A stretch of 63,962 nucleotides of DNA, counting the filler, from Diploschistes diacapsis (lineage: Eukaryota), in the NCBI GenBank assembly GCA_023645945.1. It is 25 parts of 25 records of this genome, joined end to end, with 100 filler letters (N's around TTAATTAATTAA, not from the genome) between each part and the next. Parts side by side here need not be neighbours in the genome. Positions count along the whole stretch, not along the records: positions 25,649 to 44,187 come from JALAIB010000410.1; positions 44,288 to 45,352 come from JALAIB010004100.1; positions 45,453 to 46,517 come from JALAIB010004101.1; positions 46,618 to 47,682 come from JALAIB010004102.1; positions 47,783 to 48,846 come from JALAIB010004103.1; positions 48,947 to 50,010 come from JALAIB010004104.1; positions 50,111 to 51,174 come from JALAIB010004105.1; positions 51,275 to 52,338 come from JALAIB010004106.1; 17 more parts are not named here. One strand, given 5' to 3'. A model generated the notes under the pieces. It ran no database searches. It was not told where the DNA came from and worked only from the letters and a program-made list of their open reading frames with translations. Shown here piece by piece: positions 40,868 to 52,207 of the stretch. Each line of letters opens with the position of its first letter. Positions within the stretch are counted from its first letter, which is position 1. A program made the translations under genes and the position numbers.

Positions 40868-40891
40868 CCTCAACCTCAACCTCAACCTCAG
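40868..40891. repeat. (CCTCAA)4 microsatellite
   Basis: Directly visible hexamer tandem; the last unit is CCTCAG. Confidence 0.85.
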
Positions 40892-41575
40892 CCTTCTCTT
40901 CTTCTTGCTGCTTCTTTCCTCCCATTTCTCGATCAAGGTAGCATATATAAACGTTTTACTCGTGTGAATACCATGACCTTATTTTCCTGCAAGAGAGCCC
41001 GTTCTGCAAAGTTCCTTAACGACTTTTTTCTACCGCTTTCTCGTAAAGCAGAGGCACCACGCCATGCTTTTATCCGTTTGGCTTGAGCATCCTTGGGGCT
41101 GGAATAACGCACATCCAGAGTTTGGCAAGCCGATTGTCAGCTAAACCACAGTCATTCTCACGCTCCAGCTGTCTTAGTCTTCTCAGCGAAGCCTCAATCA
41201 TTGTCATTGGCCCGTCGGAGAAGAAATACGGGCTTTTTGGGGGCTGTCTTATCGCCAAGGGCTGGATGAATACTAGATTTGCCAAGTCAGCCTGCGTTGG
41301 TGATCTCGTGTTAGGGCGAGAGCGAATACGGCCCTCCATTGCTATGGAATAGGAAACGATATGCGATTTCACATGTGCCTGTCTAAAGGCTCTCTGGCCG
41401 GGAGGGATGGATATAAGGTAGGGAAAACGACGCTCTTCAGTCTCTATCCCTCATCAGAGCATCACATTCGTTCCCCTAGGCCGTTGTTGCTCCCTTGCAT
41501 TTCTTGCTCTGTTTGCAAATACTCGCGTCTCCGACTGTATATTGCTCTATATACTGCCGGCCTCCACATATTAAA

Positions 41576-42763
41576 ATGCATTCTTCATACCTCGCATCAG
41601 CGGCTTTGCTCTTGAGCTCAGCATGTGCCTGGCCACACCCGACAAACACGACCACCGTGAAAACTACAGAGCCCTGCACCACCTTGAGCTCATCATCTTC
41701 CTATCACTCCGAATCCTCCAGTACTGCCTCCAATTGGACATCTCATTCCACGCAAACGAGCCAGAGTAGCTTCTCTCTTACGAGCACAGGCTGGTCATCG
41801 TATTCTCATTCTCACCCCACCGGCACCGGCCACAGTAGCTCTTCCATGACCGGCACAGGATGGTCATCTCATTCTCATCCCCATCCTACAGGGACCGCTC
41901 CCAGCCATCCGTATAATGTGACGTCGACAACTAGTCCGACCAGCACTCCAGGCTCACAGACAACCACCGTTGCGGGCAACCAGACTTCCACCCTGAGTAC
42001 AAGCGTGTGGCTCACTGTCACCACGATGACTTCCACTATAACAACGTTCGTTCCTTGCTCTACCTCTGTGGGAATGACGGGAACCACGACGTATTTTTCT
42101 ACGTGGCTGAGCATGTCCACCACGACCACATGCATCACTTCGACGGGAACTGCGACCATGATCATCCCGACAACTCCAGCGTCGAGCTCTGGACCGAAGC
42201 CGACCTCGGCTCCGGGATCAAGTCTGTCTCTTGTTCCTGGTCCAAGTCCGTCTTCGGTTGCTGTGCCAAGCCCGTCTTCAGCTCCAGGCTCAGTTCCATC
42301 CAGCCCCGCTACCTGCTCCTGCCCTGCCGTGGCTCCGACACCCGCCACTCAGTCCTGCCCCGCTCCAGAAGCGGTCACCTCCACCATCTACGTGACCGTC
42401 ACCCCCAGCCCTTCGTCGGCGCCGTCTTTGTCGTCCCCAGGCAGCGGCGCATCGCATACCTACACATCCACCCTCCCGAATGGCTCCTGTTCCACCATCG
42501 TTGTTCCAGCCCCAACCATATCCACTGTCGTACCAACCTCAGGTACTTCCGTCATCGTCATCACGCCGGGCACGACCATTGGGACCGTGACGGGATCCGC
42601 CAGCGGCAGCGGCGGCGCCAAACCCACGGGCACCGCGTCCGTCTCGTGGAGTAAGCCCGCTCCTTCGGCCTCTGCGCCGGCTGCGGTCTGGGGTTCCAAA
42701 TACGGCATGCACATGCCTAGTGCGGGCAAGGAGGAGAAGAGGAGCTGGTGGCGGCTGTGGTAG
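41576..42763 (+). CDS. Secreted Ser/Thr/Pro-rich (mucin-like, probably cell-wall) protein
   Basis: Signal peptide MHSSYLASAALLLSSACAWP, very high S/T/P content with scattered Cys, ending KEEKRSWWRLW. Confidence 0.85.
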   Translation: MHSSYLASAALLLSSACAWPHPTNTTTVKTTEPCTTLSSSSSYHSESSSTASNWTSHSTQTSQSSFSLTSTGWSSYSHSHPTGTGHSSSSMTGTGWSSHSHPHPTGTAPSHPYNVTSTTSPTSTPGSQTTTVAGNQTSTLSTSVWLTVTTMTSTITTFVPCSTSVGMTGTTTYFSTWLSMSTTTTCITSTGTATMIIPTTPASSSGPKPTSAPGSSLSLVPGPSPSSVAVPSPSSAPGSVPSSPATCSCPAVAPTPATQSCPAPEAVTSTIYVTVTPSPSSAPSLSSPGSGASHTYTSTLPNGSCSTIVVPAPTISTVVPTSGTSVIVITPGTTIGTVTGSASGSGGAKPTGTASVSWSKPAPSASAPAAVWGSKYGMHMPSAGKEEKRSWWRLW

Positions 42764-43293
42764 GTGGTAGAGCAAGCTACCTATGGTCAGAGCGAAGATG
42801 CACCAAAAATCCCTCTCTGCAACGTGATGTGATGTGAAAAGCAAAGGATCAGCGCCCAACATGCTACCTGGAGGTACCAACCTGGCACTTTGCGCATGTA
42901 TGTCGTCGAGGTACTCTAGCAGGGTACGTCACTTATGTTGTGGTGAATTGTTCACCCCTTAGGGACTAGCGCGGACAGTGACACATGGCAAGTCAACTCG
43001 ACGCATAGTGTTAGGCGCATGGGAATACGAGAGGGGCTTTTTGGTGCGAAAGTTTTTTTTGGTGGCATGGTGAGGGGTTGCTGGGGAGGGGATGTGATGG
43101 GCTTCTGACATGGCGGCTTATAGGCTATGGAGTCGAGGATATTTTGTGAAAGGGGGGTTTTTTAATACATAAATATCTGATGGGTCACGATGAGCTCCCT
43201 TTTCCGATGTCTTGCATCCTGCATTGGAATTTGCGCCATACGCTAAGGAGCCCATTGCGTGAATTGTGATTACTAAGCCTTCCGCTTTCCCTA

Positions 43294-43487
43294 ACGTGTT
43301 CCACCACACAACGGAACACTATATTATAATGTAATTGCGCTAGATCGAGCGCTTCCATATTTGTACGAAGCTAAATCTTGTTCTCAACTACACTACCCCG
43401 TTCTTCGGCCCCCAAGAAATACACTTTACGAAGGTGCAGGGATTGTGTTCCGCTTTGTGGTGTGTTCCGTTGTGTGGTGGAACACGT
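43294..43487. mobile_element. 194-bp Fot1/pogo-type MITE with TA target duplication
   Basis: Perfect 26-bp TIR ACGTGTTCCACCACACAACGGAACAC, flanked by TA at 43292-43293 and 43488-43489. Confidence 0.9.
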
Positions 43488-44048
43488 TATCAAGGTCTTT
43501 TCTTGCTAACTATTTATCATCCCTCACTGTTGTCGCGAGAATCACTGCACTAATCCGTTCCTTAAGTATTCCAAGTTCTTACCCTCATATGTCCATGAGT
43601 TTATGGTCAACGTGTCACTGTTCTTCAGCTGTCACTACACCTTGGACACTGCGCAGCAAGGAAAATTACCGCAGCTTCGATGCTGTTGTCGATAATTTCA
43701 TTGGTGGCGTCAAGAGCTGCTTCAGCTGCCATCCCCTGCTCTACCATGACTGTTTGGGACTTATCTGCAAATATCGAGACCATAGTGTGATAATCCCATC
43801 ATGAAAGAATACGACGGCTGCCAAGTTTTGAAGGTGCTACCTTTGGAGATATACGGGCTCCGGCAGTTTTGCCGTTGGAGAGGGATGGCAATACACACCA
43901 ATGTATTAGCGCGTAACAGCCTGCATTAGCGTTCACGTATTTTATGTATTATATTTTAGCATCAACGCCCATGCTGTGGGCGCACCGCACAAGGGTTTAT
44001 CCGGTTTTATTCTTGTGCCTAGCGTGCCCTCTTCCGCGGTTATTCCTA

Positions 44049-44187
44049 ACGTATTCCACAAGTCATCCGCCCACACAAGTCATCCGCCCACTTTGTACCT
44101 CTCATACAAAAATACATGTGATGGTACGTGATAATCACGTGGAGAGCGACAATTAAGTACCATCACATGTATTTTTGTATGAGAGGT
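44049..44187. mobile_element. Palindromic Fot1/pogo-type MITE, cut by contig end
   Basis: TA+ACGT terminus, two 17-bp direct repeats CACAAGTCATCCGCCCA, and perfect 31-bp inverted arms at 44097-44127 and 44157-44187. Confidence 0.85.
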
Positions 44188-44287
44188 NNNNNNNNNNNNN
44201 NNNNNNNNNNNNNNNNNNNNNNNNNNNNNNNTTAATTAATTAANNNNNNNNNNNNNNNNNNNNNNNNNNNNNNNNNNNNNNNNNNNN

Positions 44288-45110
44288 ATTAACATATTTT
44301 ACACGTATAAGGTGCGATACGGATAAAATTAACGAAAATTATAACTTCATATAGGTTCTAAAACTTCTTAAATCCTATATAGGCCATACGTGCGTGCCAT
44401 AATTAATAACTATTTTTATTAAACTGAACTTTTGGATTTAGTTTAAGTTTAGGTTTAGTTATTGGATACGTAGTTGGTGTATACGTATGTTTTTTTTTTA
44501 TAATCTTGCTCGAGTAATAAATTCTATTCTTTTTTTTATATGTAAGAATGATCCGACCGTCCTCGTTGTATAAATACAAATTCTTTTAATTAAAACTCCC
44601 CCGTAATTCTGTTTTATATAACTTTTGCCTCGATATAAGATTTGCTTTTAATCCAGACATATATATTATATATCCTAAATATAAAACGTTATTGCCTTGC
44701 TTTAACCTAATTTTTTTAATATAATTTAAATAGAGCATTCCTCCCTCGATTTTGATTCGTTGTCTTCGAATAAGAGTCAGGTTTCTAAGCAGATGTAACT
44801 AGTTAGTTATATATGATAAAACGCCGGTATTCACCGATCTATTTAATAGAAATAATCTTACTTTTAATAATAACGTTCTTAACTGTATTATTAACTTCAT
44901 TATTATATAGTTAAGGTTCAGATTTAAGTTCAGATTTTAAACTTTCTAAACTTTTATCGTCTAAACTTTCTATATTATAGGCGCGCTTATTCTTATCTTT
45001 CTTATCGCGGATGTTTCGGGATTTTTTTTTTCTCGCTTCTTGTCTTTTGCTATAATAACCATTTACCTCAATTCTTTAGCGAGTTTATATTATATTACGC
45101 GATGGTTATT
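44288..45110 (-). mobile_element. Copia gag-end/protease/pre-integrase fragment (RIP-degraded)
   Basis: Protease region homologous to 24484-24787, followed by the WHARMAYIG..CKIC pre-integrase motif. Confidence 0.8.
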
Positions 45111-45352
45111 TGTTATGATCTCTATCTCTACAAGGTAGACACGAGGTATAGATCAAGGTGGGTTTGGTCTCGTTTAGAAGAGGAGTGCAAGTAGGAGAAG
45201 AAGATAGAACAGTTACAGATCTTTGATTATCTTTAGAAGAAAGCTTTAAATAATAGAAATAACGAATATAAATTGATCCCGATTAATAACTAAGGATGTT
45301 TATAAAAATAAACACGTCCTGAATTTATAGAAACCACGACGGCGTTTTTATA
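45111..45352 (-). mobile_element. LTR family D 3' part (similar piece at 61349-61600)
   Basis: TGTTATGATCTCTAT terminus is shared with 59794 and 61349. Confidence 0.8.
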
Positions 45353-46977
45353 NNNNNNNNNNNNNNNNNNNNNNNNNNNNNNNNNNNNNNNNNNNNTTAA
45401 TTAATTAANNNNNNNNNNNNNNNNNNNNNNNNNNNNNNNNNNNNNNNNNNNNACTTATATAATAATATAAAAAGAATACGTTATTTCGAGATAATTAATA
45501 TAAGTTTTCATAAATCGATTATTGGCGAATATTTTAAATTAATTAAAAGATTTAAGTACTTTATAATAATCATAACGATAAATACCGGAAGACATACTAA
45601 AAATACTAAATAAAAAGAATTATTAACGAGAACGAGAAACACGAGAACGAGAAACATAAATATAACGAAAAGTTTAGTTTAATTCAGTTTAATTCAATCC
45701 AGTTTAATTATAATTCAGATCGGCCAATCAAACCCCTGACAAGATACTTTCGGAGTTAATTTCTTATCTACGGTTTTTTCTGCGCCCATAAACACACTAA
45801 TCTGCAACTATAGTCCTGCGCTTCGCTTAGGAATTATCAGCCCCGAGTAATATGCCTGGGCCAAAAAACCCGGAAGGCGAGGAAGAGATCGAATACCGTA
45901 AGTCCATTGTAGGTCAGCTGAAACGTTATCGACCCAAAAAGAATTAATAATAACATCACGAAAAGTTTTTCAAGCAAAAAAAAATAACTGGCGAAACTGG
46001 CGAAACTGGCGAAACTGGCGAAACCTGGCGAAACTGGCGAAACCGGCGAAACCGGCGAAGATGGCGAGGCCAATCATCTTTATTACGTAATCAGAAAATA
46101 AAAAAGCATTTTTTTAAGATTTTAAAAAAAATATTTTTTCGAAAAAAATATTAAAAAATACGGTAATTTAGCTCCGGATAACTAGCGTTTAAAACTCGCT
46201 AAAGCTCTCACGCCACGAATATCCACGCTTACGTAATATAAAATACGCCATTCTTAATATTTTCGCGACAATATGTAGTACCTGCTAAACCCCGTTAAAT
46301 CCGATACCACTAATACCAATTAACTCGAGTAGTATTAATAATTTCTTAACTTAGCGAAAATACTTTGTATAATATAATACTAATTATGATTATATAATCA
46401 TTAATTAATTATTGTTTGGCAACGTAATGGATATATTGAAGTCTAGAGGTCTTCTCTAGGAGGTTATCCTACTTTGCAGACTTTTATCCTCATGAGATAC
46501 GCTAAGTCCTATTACCTNNNNNNNNNNNNNNNNNNNNNNNNNNNNNNNNNNNNNNNNNNNNTTAATTAATTAANNNNNNNNNNNNNNNNNNNNNNNNNNN
46601 NNNNNNNNNNNNNNNNNGCCTAATCTGGAAGGATCACGTGTAGCTGCAATCTGTAGGCTGAATGGTTCAGATTCGAAAAGGTAAGGAAGGAACTATCTAG
46701 GTGGGAGTAGGGCACAAATAAATAGTCTGGGTGCCAGCCCTACTGCCCTACGGGGTTCAACCATTGAACCCATAAACGTTCAGGATGTTCCAGAATCTTA
46801 AGATAAGTAAATTAATAAAAACTTAAGACGTAACGAGATTTTTAAAATATATTAAATAAGACCTTAAAGCATAATAAGCAGTAATTCAAATAATATAAGA
46901 ATAAATATATAAAATTACAAAATATTTGACGTAAAATGAAAAAATTGTTATAAAGAAAAATTTTTAATGCCTTTAAA

Positions 46978-47682
46978 TGTTACGATCCAAGTACCAGACT
47001 TGGCACGTCCCAGCTTTGTATATAGTTCAGTCACGAGACTAGGGGTCACGTGATGCGTTTATTGTTTACGTTTATTCTCGTGAGCGGCGAGTAAGCTTTC
47101 GTCATCGCTCGATAATCGCGTTTATTTTTATAAGCGGCGAGCCTCGAGGGTACCGTTCGTTAAGTTTGCGGTAAGCGGCGAGCGAGTTAATTATATATAG
47201 ACACGATTTTACTTTCGTGAAAGAAGACGTGTCTTCGAAATTCGGTCTAGAATTATCGAAATTGACCGTAATATCTGTTACGATCCAAGTACCAGACTTG
47301 GCACGTCCCAGCTTTGTATATAGTTCAGTCACGGGACCAGGGGTCACGTGATACGTTTACTGCTCGCGCTTATTCTCGTGAGCGGCGAGTAAGCTTTCGT
47401 TATCGTTCGATAATCGCGCTTATTCTTATAAACGGCGAGCTTCGAGAACACCGCTCACTAAATTTATAATAAACGATAAGCGAGTTAATTATATATAAAC
47501 ACGCTTTTATTTTCGTAAAAAAAGACGTGTTCACTTTTATAAATATTTTAAATTATTATTCGGGATTAATTTATATTCGTTATTTTTATTATTTTAAAGT
47601 TTTCTTTCTAGAAAAAATCTTAGATCTATAACTTTTTTATCTTTTTCTTTTATTACACTTTTTTTCTAATAGAAATCAAACC
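46978..47682 (+). mobile_element. Two tandem family D LTRs (truncated 46978-47232; near-complete 47276-47682)
   Basis: Both start TGTTACGATCCAAGTACCAGACTTGGCACGTCCCAGC, forming a direct repeat of about 255 bp. Confidence 0.88.
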
Positions 47683-47942
47683 NNNNNNNNNNNNNNNNNN
47701 NNNNNNNNNNNNNNNNNNNNNNNNNNTTAATTAATTAANNNNNNNNNNNNNNNNNNNNNNNNNNNNNNNNNNNNNNNNNNNNCCTTAGAATATATATATA
47801 AAAACGAGAACAAGCTCGATCTATATTAGGGATCGAAATAGTAACGATATAGATCGAGTTAACCATCTAATCTATTTTAATAGGTAAAGAAAGGATCATA
47901 AAGGTGGCTTTAAGGGACTAAAGTAAGAAAAGGAAAAATAAT

Positions 47943-48123
47943 TATAAGGTTAAGTAAAAAGTATATTAATAATCGGACAAGCGGTACTCAGGGTCTTGGC
48001 TTGCGGGTACTTGAAAGAGGATTTTGCCCTTCTTACTCTCTCTTCTTCTTTAGTAATGAGTCCTAGCATGAATATGCTCTGCGTACAGCCATCTTGCCAC
48101 ATTGTCGTATTCCACCCTTTACA
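47943..48123 (+). mobile_element. 181-bp LTR family F (other copies 61809-61989, 63488-63668, partial 63181-63330 minus)
   Basis: TGTAAGG..TTACA termini and identical 181-bp length in three copies. Purine tract upstream at 47943 and 61809. Confidence 0.88.
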
Positions 48124-48720
48124 CTTATTTTATGCGTATTATGGTTATAAGTCGAAAATCCATTTTAACTTTAAGGTCGAAGTCGACGAAAGAAAGGTAC
48201 CCGCTATTAAAGCGAGGGTTGATTGTATGTAAGCCGTACGAATCTAGTTTATAAAAAATATCAAACTTGCCTAAAAGTGGCAAAAAATACTTCGATCAAA
48301 GGCATCTATCCTATATATGTATAATAAGAGAATTAATAATACTATTCACGAAGAACTTGCACCTTAAACAGTCTAATAAGAAATTATTTTATAAATTTAT
48401 TAAGCCATTCCGCATTATTATCGTAACCCGTTTGTAAACCTACCGGTTAGCATTATCGAAGGAATATTCAGGATTACATCCGATATTCCATATTTCGTTA
48501 CTTAAATCATACAAAACCAGAAATAATGATCTTGAAAATAGGCTAATACCGCTATTAGAATTAGTAAATAATTAATAAAAATAAGAGGTCGAGAAATTAC
48601 TGGACAGAACAAGAAAAAAAGGCATTATTTAGTATTATATAAAATGGCTAGGCTGGCCAGATAAATATAATTCGTAAATTAAAATTAAGGATTTATAAAG
48701 GTCTTAAGATTTAATCGATA
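48124..48720 (+). mobile_element. Gypsy (chromovirus) integrase C-terminus plus chromodomain, RIP-degraded
   Basis: FYAYYGY..KFIKPFRI..YRLAL..LHPIFHISLLKSY..EVEKLLD..YYIKWLGWPDKYNS. Confidence 0.88.
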
Positions 48721-48946
48721 ATTATAATAAACATTATTCGTGACCTAAAAAGATTATATTAAAAAAGGGATAAATATAATCTTATTTATATCTATTAAAG
48801 CTATCTAAAGATATTATTAATAAACTTAAATATATATATAAAACCCNNNNNNNNNNNNNNNNNNNNNNNNNNNNNNNNNNNNNNNNNNNNTTAATTAATT
48901 AANNNNNNNNNNNNNNNNNNNNNNNNNNNNNNNNNNNNNNNNNNNN

Positions 48947-49387
48947 CTCTACAATATAGACATAAGGTATTAATTAAAATAAATTTAGTTTCTATTAAAA
49001 AAGAAATGCAAATAAAAGAAAAAATAGATTAATAATAAATCTATTCTGATTTCTAAAAAGATTACTATTTATTAATAAAAATAACGAATATAAATTAATC
49101 TTAAGCAATCGCTAAGGATATCTATAAAAATAAACACGCCCCGATTTATAAAAATGATAGCGATATTTTTATATAATCAACTACTCTTTAGCGAAATAAA
49201 TTAATAGATAAATAAAACTACCGTTCTCCCGTTTTACTTATAGAAGGTAAAATAGCCTCTAAGGTTTTCTATTCATTACGTAATTAGTTTTATTATGATT
49301 GGACTATATATAAGGAGTGGTTGGGAAGATGCCCGATCAGCTGTGAAGTGCCAAGTGGACTACTACCTAGTCATTTGGATCGTAACA
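48947..49387 (-). mobile_element. LTR family D variant (similar 5' part at 60249-60413)
   Basis: Ends GGATCGTAACA on the + strand and shares its 3' half with the other family D copies. Confidence 0.75.
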
Positions 49388-49680
49388 TCGAGCTCCTCTT
49401 TAATATCCGTTAAATAATACGCGAATTCTTATACGGATTAATTCTTCTTTTATTTCGCGTCCGCGTATCGGCGTGTTACGTTTAGCTTTCGATTTATTAA
49501 ATCTTTAATTAAATTGAATAAATATATTTTAAAATAACCTTACGTGACCGTATTTATATCGATTTTAATTTTATAAACGAATTAAAATTTTAAAAGATTT
49601 CTTCGGAACGCCTACGTAACGTAACGAACTTATAACGTAGCGGTAAATAAATATAATATATTTATTTCTTATACGTTATT

Positions 49681-49910
49681 TGTTGAGCAGACAGGGAGAA
49701 GGCATGGCTGGGAGTTCGACTGAGTTCCTGTCGGGGGTTCAGTTCAGCTGAATCTCCTAGGATTCTGACTAGACCGATCGGGAGTAATGTTAGTAATAAT
49801 GTTTAGCGGATTCCGTAAGATATAAAATCTACGTAATAAAATATTTTTATAAGATAAGACCTCTAAACTTCAATATATCTATTACGTTATTAAATAGGTT
49901 ATAAGCCCGG
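49681..49910 (+). mobile_element. Copia 5' LTR (family A, 49681-49896) followed by primer-binding site
   Basis: TGTTGAGC start and RIP-altered end, immediately followed by GGTTATAAGCCC, resembling the copia GGTTATG(A/G)GCCC PBS. Confidence 0.8.
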
Positions 49911-50110
49911 GTTAATTTATTTTAACTATTTCGTTTTTAATTATTGGAGATAAATCTTCTCGGTAATTAGAACGGTTACGAACGCGGGACTGAATACGCT
50001 GGCCTTATTTNNNNNNNNNNNNNNNNNNNNNNNNNNNNNNNNNNNNNNNNNNNNTTAATTAATTAANNNNNNNNNNNNNNNNNNNNNNNNNNNNNNNNNN
50101 NNNNNNNNNN

Positions 50111-50800
50111 ACCACACGACGCGTCCATCGGCTCTCATACCAGCCCAAAGCATGATGCTTTCCTTGTTTCTAGCCGTTTTTGCTAGATAATCGGGAAGCC
50201 ATTGTTCTCCTATATGTCTCCATACTCATTTTCGTACTTCACCACTTCCTATTGCTATGGAGCACTCGTCGATAAACTAAATATTGGCAAAATCCTCGGC
50301 GCGCCAAGTTCGGTGTATTCGGGAGTGCCTCAGGCGTTTTTCCGCATCTTCAGGCTCTAAATGTGGCTTCCACCGCATCCTATATTTTTTGAAAGAGAGG
50401 TCGATGTCGCGGAATCTTCGGCGCACTGTATTTTTGCTGGTAGACGAGATATCGAGCAATTCAGACCACTCAGATTCTGGATGGCGTCTGGCCGTTCGAT
50501 AGAGCCTATTTTCTTGATTTTCGGACGTTGTTCGAGGTCTTCCGGAGCGCTTCAGATCATCTTAGTCTTCATCACGCTCTGAAATCTTTGCTATTGTCTT
50601 TTTGGCTGTAGAATAAGGAATATTTAGCCTATTGGCTGCATTTTTCAGGATAGCACCTTATCTGTATGCGCATATAAGCTCAGAGCGCTCCCAGAGCTTC
50701 AAACGACGATATGGTGGCATTATTGTAGAAATAATAGTAGGCATTTATTGTTTATTTGTACCGATTTAACCGAGGGACCATTACTTTTGGACTAGTACTG
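50111..50800 (-). mobile_element. Tc1/mariner transposon 5' part with disrupted transposase (ATG at 50720)
   Basis: TA|CAGTACTAGTCCAAAAGT terminus. The frame reads MPPYRRL..RSGRPRTT..TVRRR..FIDEC..IMLWAG with in-frame stops. Confidence 0.88.
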
Positions 50801-51569
50801 TATGGTTGTGTTGATATACGCTACTAAATGACTTGAGAATTACTAAAAGGAAATACATATGCAAAATTTATATGGGACATAATCTAACCTATTGGAACAT
50901 CCTGAACGTTTATGGGTTCAAGGGTTGAACCCTGGTAGGGCTGGTAGGGCTGGACCCAGACTATTTATATGTGCCCTGCTCCCATCTAGATAGTTCCTTC
51001 TTCACCTTTTCGAATCTGAACCATTCAGCCTACAGATGCCCAGTTACACGTAATCCTTCCGGATCAGGCTCAGCCCCCGGTAGTGTAGCACCTTTCCTGT
51101 AGGGGCGTTCTACCTATACGCAGAATAAGTTATCTGCGCCGTTTCTTCTCCACATATATAGTGTGTCTGTTAAGNNNNNNNNNNNNNNNNNNNNNNNNNN
51201 NNNNNNNNNNNNNNNNNNTTAATTAATTAANNNNNNNNNNNNNNNNNNNNNNNNNNNNNNNNNNNNNNNNNNNNACTTAAACATCTTTAAGAATAAGTAC
51301 TTTAAGAAATATAACCGAGCGATTATCAAAAACAAAATCCGTATTATTTTAAGTAATAATTGAGTTCGATATAATTATAAAGGTTACCACGGAAGCTCAA
51401 GGCGATAATACTAAAAGTAACGATAAGGCCGGCGAAAACGTTTTTAAAATAAAAGTTCAGAAAGTAAATAAATATAACGGAGATTATAAGAAGTTCGAAT
51501 AATAATCGTTTACATTATGGGTTTTATACGTAACCGCGTATTTACATAAATCGAATTATATTTTCATAC

Positions 51570-52207
51570 TAGGCTGGCCGTCACTGACACTGACACGGAC
51601 ACTGACACGGACACTGACAGTGTCAGTGTCCGTGTTTTAGATTTTTTAGCTACGGTGTCCGTGTCCGTGAATTCACAAAAATACAGTGTCCGTGTCAGTA
51701 TCAATGTTTTAAAATTTTTAATTGCAGTGTCCGTGTCCGTGGATTCACGGAAATATAGTGTCCGTGTCAATGTCCGTGTTTTAAAAATTTTAATTACGGT
51801 ATCCGTGTCCGTGCATTCACCGTAATACAATATCCGTGTCCGTGTCCGTGTTTTAAAAAAACTTTTTTAAAAATAAAAGCGTGAGAAATAAACGTGATAA
51901 TTTTAAAAATATTAAAAAAAAAAAAGTGTTTCCGTGCTTTCACTACAATATAGTGTCCGTGTCAGTAAATTCACGGAAATATAGTGTCCGTGTCAATGTC
52001 CGTGTTTAAAAATTTTTAATTATAATGTCCGTGTCCGTGGACTCACGGAAATATAGTATCCGTGTCAATATCTGTATTTTAAAATTTTTAATTACAGTAT
52101 CCGTGTCCGTGGATTCACGGAAGTACAATAGCCGTGTCAGTGTCAGTGTTTTAAAATTTTTGCTACAGTGTCCGTGTCAGTGACCGTGGCACGAAACGGC
52201 CAGCCTA
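51570..52207 (+). mobile_element. hAT-type MITE family B, best-preserved copy with 8-bp TSD
   Basis: 12-bp TIRs TAGGCTGGCCGT; TTTCATAC duplicated at 51562-51569 and 52208-52215. Confidence 0.92.

Noticed and set aside
48648..48660. TAGGCTGGCC match to the family B TIR
   Set aside because: It lies in chromodomain codons (WLGWP) with no adjacent internal repeats, so it is coincidental.
51570..52207. CRISPR-like appearance of GTGTCCGTG repeats with intervening sequence
   Set aside because: The intervening segments are themselves repeated, the array is bounded by TIRs and a TSD, no cas genes are present, and the DNA is fungal.
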